Assembly (NCBI GenBank): GCA_964400635.1
Contig: CAYNVE010000001.1
Location: 1-46,385, forward strand
Length of the DNA: 46,385 nt
Direction: 5' to 3'
From: an uncultured Lentisphaeraceae bacterium
GTDB lineage: Bacteria; Verrucomicrobiota; Kiritimatiellia; RFP12; UBA1067
Below are positions 41,745 through 46,385 of the stretch, in pieces. How positions within the stretch are numbered: position 1 is the stretch's first letter; each line of letters begins with the position of its first letter. A program made the translations under genes and the position numbers. A model generated the notes under the pieces. It had not been told where the DNA came from. It did not search any database and saw only the letters and a program-made list of their open reading frames with translations.

Positions 41745-42340
41745 AGCCGTCCGTCGCCCTTGTCGCGCCGTATGCGGCGTGGATGGCTCTGATGAGCCTC
41801 CTCCCGCAGACGGCCCTTGCGTATGCTCTTCGCGGGGCGGTGACGGCGGCTCTTCTCGTCTTTTCGTTTTGCGTCTTGCGAGCGCGTGTGCGCTTGAATC
41901 CGCGTGCGCTTCTTTTTGGTTTCTCGGGCGGGCTGATTGTTTTCGTTCTTTGGACGGCTCCCGAAATGTTCGTCTGGCCGCAGGGCGAGGCGAATCCTTC
42001 GCCTTTCGCGCCAGAGGTCTGCGGTTGGTCGCTCACGATTGTAAAACTCGTCGCGAGCGCGTTCGTGATCTCTGTTGCGGAGGAACTTTTCTTCCGCAAG
42101 TGGCTTCTCGACTTTGCGGGCTTTGGGTGGATGCTCGTTCTCTTTGGCGTTGAGCATATGCGCTTTGATCTCGGCCTTGCTGGGGGCCTTGTTTTTGTTG
42201 TGGAGGGCATCCTCGCGGGTTACATCTACGGCCTTCTCGCGAAGCGCGTGGGGCTTCTTGCGGCCATCCTCGCGCACGCCGTCACGAACCTTCTTCTGGG
42301 CCTCGATGTCATTCTCTTGGACAAGTGGTTCTACTGGTAG
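41741..42340 (+). CDS. CPBP-family (CAAX/Abi) intramembrane glutamic endopeptidase
   Basis: VAEELFFRKWL (EExxxR) and ILAHAVTNLLLG (HxxxN) motifs in a 6-TM protein. GTGA overlap with glnS. Confidence 0.8.
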   Translation: MKPSVALVAPYAAWMALMSLLPQTALAYALRGAVTAALLVFSFCVLRARVRLNPRALLFGFSGGLIVFVLWTAPEMFVWPQGEANPSPFAPEVCGWSLTIVKLVASAFVISVAEELFFRKWLLDFAGFGWMLVLFGVEHMRFDLGLAGGLVFVVEGILAGYIYGLLAKRVGLLAAILAHAVTNLLLGLDVILLDKWFYW

Positions 42341-42341
42341 A

Positions 42342-42370
42342 TTGATTTCTCGTGGTGGTTTCGCTAAAAT
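42342..42370 (+). promoter_or_regulatory. sigma70-type promoter TTGATT-17-TAAAAT
   Basis: -35 at 42342-42347, -10 at 42365-42370, in the 80-nt gap after the CPBP gene. Confidence 0.45.
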
Positions 42371-42420
42371 AGATACCATTATGAGCAGAGACTTCGTGGA
42401 ATCCTTCGTCGGCTGAAGAC

Positions 42421-43344
42421 GTGATTATCGCCGCGTTCATCTTTTTTGCCCTCACGCGCGCGGAGATCGTCGAGCGCATGCGTGCGCCCGTCCTGACGCA
42501 GGCGGACGGGCTCGTGCGCGTCTTCGCGGACTGCCCCGAGGATATGCGCCGCGAGTATCAAGGCCCCATCGCCTCGTATGCGACCCAGGTGGCCCACCGC
42601 CTTTATGCGGCCGCGAAGATGAAGGAGCGTCACTTCGAAAGCCCGCCGATTATCGTCCACATCGGCGACGCGCGAACGAACATCGCCACGGTTGTCACGC
42701 GCCTTTCGACAAACGACGGCGCGGTTGTCACGCGCCTCTACTTGAAGAGCCCGGGTGGCGCGGATTTAAATGCCTTTGAGGTCGAACTCGCTCGCGCCTT
42801 CTACCGCGCCGTCCACGCGCGCGAGATTTCGCCGCGCGAGGCGCGCGACATTCTCGACGCGGCCGACCCCGCGAAGCGGAACGCGCTTTCGCGCGCGCGG
42901 CTTGAGGCGTTTCTCCGAGGCGATCGCGCGGAGCAAGGCGCGACGAGCGACGAGGACTGGGACGAAGCGCATCTCACGCTCCTTCGAAAGGTCATTGAGG
43001 TGGGCGTTGCGACGAAGCGCGACGTCCTGACATTTGCCTCGCGTCTCTACCTCTACCCCCCGCATTTTTCGGAGCCGTTTGAAGGCGGGGCCCGTTCGCT
43101 GTCGTTTCGCGAGGCCATCGCGCGCGCGCCGCGCGACAGGCGCATCCCGCTTCTCGCGCAGCGGAAGGCGGCCGAGGTCGCGCTCTTTGGTGGCGGTCGG
43201 AGCACCGAACTCGCGCTCGCCGCGTTCGCCTATCGTCGCTTTTTGGAAGACCTCGCCGCGCGCGAGGCGACGGCAGAAGATTTGGAAAAGAAACTGAACG
43301 AGGCCGATCGGCTTTTGCAGACGGCCTGGGAGAAGGCAAAATGA
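42421..43344 (+). CDS. hypothetical protein (307 aa) with N-terminal hydrophobic anchor
   Basis: GTG start. VIIAAFIFFAL anchor, then an Ala/Arg-rich helical protein with no motif I recognise. Coding status is supported by the ATGA overlap with argH and codon bias like its neighbours. Confidence 0.55.
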   Translation: MIIAAFIFFALTRAEIVERMRAPVLTQADGLVRVFADCPEDMRREYQGPIASYATQVAHRLYAAAKMKERHFESPPIIVHIGDARTNIATVVTRLSTNDGAVVTRLYLKSPGGADLNAFEVELARAFYRAVHAREISPREARDILDAADPAKRNALSRARLEAFLRGDRAEQGATSDEDWDEAHLTLLRKVIEVGVATKRDVLTFASRLYLYPPHFSEPFEGGARSLSFREAIARAPRDRRIPLLAQRKAAEVALFGGGRSTELALAAFAYRRFLEDLAAREATAEDLEKKLNEADRLLQTAWEKAK

Positions 43345-44726
43345 AAAAGAAGACAATTACCGACAGCCAAATCGATTCTGACATTCTCGCCTACACAGTG
43401 GGCGAAGATCCGGTCCTCGACCTCGCGCTTGCGAAGTGGGACTGCATGGGAACGGCCGCGCACGTCACGATGCTTTCTGAGATGAAGGGACTTAAGAAGC
43501 CCATCGTGACGAAGGCCGAGGCCGCGAAAGTCCGTAAGGCACTCGCGAAGATTGCGCAGGCGGCAGAGGCGGGGCACTTCTCAATTCGCGTGGATGATCA
43601 AGACGTCCACATGGCCGTCGAGCGCATGCTCACGGAGACGCTCGGTGATCTCGGCAAGAAAATCCACACCGGTCGCTCGCGTAACGATCAGGTCGCCGTC
43701 GACGTGCGCCTCCACATGAAGAGCGAAATTCTCGAGACGGAGAAAGAAGTCTGCGCCCTCGCCGCCGAACTTTGCGCGTTCGGCTTCAAGGCGGGCGCGA
43801 TTCCACTCGTCGGTCGCACGCACTTGCAGCCCGCGATGCCCTCAACCGTCGAGATGTGGGCGACGGGGCACGCCGAGATGATTCTCGATCAACTTGCGAA
43901 CATCGAGGCCGCCTATCAACTCGCCGACTTGAACCCGCTCGGCTCGGCGGCGGGCTACGGTGTGCCGCTCCCGCTCGATCGCGCGCGGACGACGAAACTC
44001 TTGGGCTTTAAGCGGACGCTTCACAACTGCTTCGGCGCGTCGATGGCGCGCGGCGAATGCGAGGCGAGCCTCCTCTCTGCCCTCGCGCAGACAATGTGCG
44101 CTCTCTCGCGCCTTGCTGAGGATATGATCCTCTTCTCGATGCCGGAGTTCGCCTACTTTAAACTGCCGCGCGCCTACTGCACGGGCTCGTCCATTATGCC
44201 GCAGAAGTTCAACCCCGATGTTCTTGAACTCGTGCGCGGCAAGACGGCGCAGGTCATCGGCTGGCAGACGGCCGCGCTCACGCTCCTCCACGCGATGCCG
44301 GGCGGCTATAACCGCGATTTGCAGGATGCGAAACTCCTCTACATGAAGGGGCTTGAGACGACGCGCACGACGCTCCGCATTCTTGCGAAGGTTGTCGCGG
44401 GGCTCGAGGTCAACGCGGCGGCATGCCGCGCCGCCTTTACTCCCGGCGTCTTCGCGACAGACGTCGCGCTGATGAAGGTCGCGGCGGGCACGCCGTGGCG
44501 CGATGCCTACCACGAGGTGCGCGACGAGTTTGCCGCGCTCTACGACGGAAAGAAGGCGGCGGTCTCAAACCTCGACCCCGACAAGCAGGTCGCCTTGAAG
44601 ACGCACGAGGGCACGTGCCTCGGAATTGATCACGACCTCTACCAGTCGCGTATCTCGACGGCCGTTGCCTCCGCCGACGCGCGCCTTGCCGCGCTCAACA
44701 CTTGTTGCCGCGCGCTCCTCAAATGA
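43341..44726 (+). CDS. argH: argininosuccinate lyase
   Basis: GRSRNDQVAVD, GSSIMPQKFNPD (fumarate-lyase signature), GYNRDLQD. Confidence 0.95.
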   Translation: MKKKTITDSQIDSDILAYTVGEDPVLDLALAKWDCMGTAAHVTMLSEMKGLKKPIVTKAEAAKVRKALAKIAQAAEAGHFSIRVDDQDVHMAVERMLTETLGDLGKKIHTGRSRNDQVAVDVRLHMKSEILETEKEVCALAAELCAFGFKAGAIPLVGRTHLQPAMPSTVEMWATGHAEMILDQLANIEAAYQLADLNPLGSAAGYGVPLPLDRARTTKLLGFKRTLHNCFGASMARGECEASLLSALAQTMCALSRLAEDMILFSMPEFAYFKLPRAYCTGSSIMPQKFNPDVLELVRGKTAQVIGWQTAALTLLHAMPGGYNRDLQDAKLLYMKGLETTRTTLRILAKVVAGLEVNAAACRAAFTPGVFATDVALMKVAAGTPWRDAYHEVRDEFAALYDGKKAAVSNLDPDKQVALKTHEGTCLGIDHDLYQSRISTAVASADARLAALNTCCRALLK

Positions 44727-45412
44727 CGCCGCTTCTCTCCGTTCGTGACCTCAAGGTCTCCTACGGCCGCGAGATGGTCGTAAAAGGCGTCTCGTTCAAT
44801 GTCCGCCCTGGCGAGATCTTTGGCCTCGTTGGAGAATCCGGGAGCGGCAAGTCGACCATCGCGAAGGCACTCATGCGTCTCGTGCCGATCGCTTCGGGGC
44901 GCGTCGAGAGCCGCGCAAAGTCGGTGCAGATGGTCTTTCAGGACGCAGTCGGCTCGCTCAACCCGCGTATGACCGTCCGCGAGACGCTGGCCGAGGTTGT
45001 GCGCGTTCACCACGCGCGCACGTCGATTGAAGAACTTCTCGACTTTGTCGCGCTCTCCCCCGCCGTCCTCTCGCAGGTTCCGCGCGAGATGTCGGGTGGC
45101 CAATGCCAGCGCGTTTCGATTGCGCGCGCGCTTGCCTGCTCGCCCGAGATTCTGATTGCCGATGAGCCGGTTTCCGCGCTTGACGTTTCGGTTCAGGCGC
45201 GCGTTCTCAACCTCCTGCGCGATCTGCGCACGCGCCTCGGCCTGACGATTCTTCTTATTGCGCACGACCTTGCTGTCGTGAAGAATGTCTGCGACGAGAT
45301 CGCCGTGATGGAGAAGGGGCACTTCGTCGATCAGGGCTCGGCCGCCGAGGTCTTTGCGCATCCGACGAGCGACTACACGCGCCGTCTCCTCGAGGCCGTG
45401 CCGACGCTATGA
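44723..45412 (+). CDS. orphan ABC transporter ATP-binding protein, OppF/DppF-like, compact (229 aa)
   Basis: GESGSGKST Walker A, QMVFQDAVGSLNPRMTV, MSGGQCQRVSIARAL, LIADEPVSALDVSVQA, IAHDL. ATG 44723 in an ATGA overlap with argH. No permease or binding protein nearby. Confidence 0.85.
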   Translation: MTPLLSVRDLKVSYGREMVVKGVSFNVRPGEIFGLVGESGSGKSTIAKALMRLVPIASGRVESRAKSVQMVFQDAVGSLNPRMTVRETLAEVVRVHHARTSIEELLDFVALSPAVLSQVPREMSGGQCQRVSIARALACSPEILIADEPVSALDVSVQARVLNLLRDLRTRLGLTILLIAHDLAVVKNVCDEIAVMEKGHFVDQGSAAEVFAHPTSDYTRRLLEAVPTL

Positions 45413-45957
45413 CGTGCGCGGAGGAGAAGACTGCGCTGAGGCGGGCGATGCGTGCGGCGCGCGCCGCCGTCTCGCCGTCGCGCCGTGCGTGCGCCGCCGA
45501 GGCGGTCGAACGCGCCGTCCTCGCGTGCGGCGACGCGCTTCGCACGGTTGCCGTCTATCTCGCGACGCCGCAGGAAATTGACCTCGCGCCAACGATTGCG
45601 TCGCTCTTCGCGCGTGGCGTGCGCGTCGTCGCGTCGCGTTGGAACGGAGAGAAGTATGATCTCGCCGTCTTAAAGGGACTTTCGGCGGATGACCTTCGGG
45701 CGGGCCCGATGAATGTCCTTGAGCCGCGCGAAGGGGAGTGCGTCTCGCCGCGCGAGGTCACCTTGTGGATCGTCCCAGGCCTCGCCTTCACACGCGCGGG
45801 CGACCGCCTCGGCTATGGCGGCGGATGGTACGATCGGCTTCTCGCCGACGCGCGCGAAGAGGCCGAGAAGATCGCCTTCGCCTATCCCTTCCAAGTTGTC
45901 GCGTCCCTGCCGCGCGAGGCGCATGACGTGTCTTTAAGCCGCGTTGTCGTCGTGTAG
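45409..45957 (+). CDS. 5-formyltetrahydrofolate cyclo-ligase
   Basis: KTALRRAMRAAR N-terminus, VPGLAFTRAGDRLGYGGGWYDRLL signature. ATGA overlap with the upstream gene. Confidence 0.88.
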   Translation: MTCAEEKTALRRAMRAARAAVSPSRRACAAEAVERAVLACGDALRTVAVYLATPQEIDLAPTIASLFARGVRVVASRWNGEKYDLAVLKGLSADDLRAGPMNVLEPREGECVSPREVTLWIVPGLAFTRAGDRLGYGGGWYDRLLADAREEAEKIAFAYPFQVVASLPREAHDVSLSRVVVV

Positions 45958-45989
45958 CGAAACAAGGGTGCGTTGTCATGGGCGGTTTG

Positions 45990-45998
45990 TGGTATAAT
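45990..45998 (+). promoter_or_regulatory. extended -10 promoter (TGGTATAAT)
   Basis: gtttgTGGTATAAT, TATAAT at 45993-45998, 44 nt upstream of ATG 46043, with SD aaggag. Confidence 0.6.
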
Positions 45999-46042
45999 AA
46001 TTAGAAACGTTTTTTCATTAACCACCAAGGAGACACGACAAA

Positions 46043-46385
46043 ATGGTCTACTCGACTGAAGTTGAGCATCAGTGCCCGCTCATGAAGGGGTGCAATCACG
46101 GTCCCGCGCCGATTCCCGAAGAGGGCAAGTGGGTGCAGGCCAAGGAAATCAAGGATATCAGCGGCTACACGCATGGCGTGGGCTGGTGCGCGCCGCAGCA
46201 GGGCGCCTGCAAGCTTTCGCTCAACGTGAAGAACGGCGTCATTGAAGAGGCGCTCGTTGAGACGATTGGCTGCTCAGGTATGACGCACTCCGCCGCGATG
46301 GCGTCTGAGATTCTCGTCGGCAAGACGATTCTCGAGGCGCTCAACACCGACCTCGTGTGCGACGCGATCAACACGGCGATGCGCG
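46043..46385 (+). CDS. Cys-rich NifU/IscU-like Fe-S scaffold-like protein, N-terminal part (3' end off-window)
   Basis: Not in the ORF track because no stop is reached. ATG 46043 follows SD aaggag and the frame is open to the window end. GWCAPQQGACKLSL...ETIGCSGMTHSAAMASE resembles the IscU/NifU N-domain Cys motifs. Confidence 0.55.
   Translation, partial: MVYSTEVEHQCPLMKGCNHGPAPIPEEGKWVQAKEIKDISGYTHGVGWCAPQQGACKLSLNVKNGVIEEALVETIGCSGMTHSAAMASEILVGKTILEALNTDLVCDAINTAMR

Noticed and set aside
1-46385. Genomic island, prophage, defence system or mobile element
   Set aside because: No integrase, transposase, recombinase, tRNA attachment site, terminal repeats, restriction-modification, Cas, toxin-antitoxin or phage structural genes were recognised. 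The only compositional anomaly is the small 27-29 kb secreted-protein block, which is reported as a finding.

Overview
High-GC (over 60 % by eye), very compact and almost unidirectional bacterial chromosome segment. I call 45 protein-coding genes, 43 on + and 2 on -. I found no rRNA or tRNA genes, no CRISPR array, and no transposase, integrase or phage genes. Most content is housekeeping: ribBA, gpsA, recO, gdhA, ribH, a PPi-type phosphofructokinase, mazG, nrdR, polA, priA, gluQ-type and glnS synthetases, argH and a 5-formyl-THF cyclo-ligase. There are also envelope genes: A24 prepilin peptidase, LpxL-like acyltransferase, a pseudopilin, an S11 DD-carboxypeptidase and MlaEFD. Eleven neighbouring gene pairs overlap by 4 nt (ATGA/GTGA). 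Promoters are easy to see as a recurring extended -10 (TGnTATAAT). Several sit so close to the start codon that the mRNAs should be leaderless. Lineage markers (prepilin-type pseudopilin, PEP-CTERM protein, a ~51-aa small basic protein, PPi-PFK, RnfE, GH2 with a discoidin domain) suggest a PVC-type anaerobe (Verrucomicrobia/Lentisphaerae/Kiritimatiellae-like); this is inference only. The most interesting locus is 27.0-35.4 kb. One near-consensus promoter precedes two unknown secreted proteins, a low-GC PEP-CTERM protein and an 815-aa polytopic membrane protein with TPRs. These run directly into a minimal MlaE-MlaF-MlaD transporter and an HExxH protein, with no MlaA/B/C visible. I propose this as a candidate undescribed envelope trafficking module. 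Other observations worth a look:
- a parvulin domain whose His-containing first strand appears after the domain (possible circular permutation);
- a zinc-ribbon/PTS-EIIA fusion translationally coupled to a DtxR-like regulator;
- an orphan leaderless rnfE with a CxxCxxC tail;
- a perfect 2 x 30 bp in-frame duplication in priA;
- an unlisted small basic protein gene.
All family assignments come from motif recognition by eye. No searches were run.
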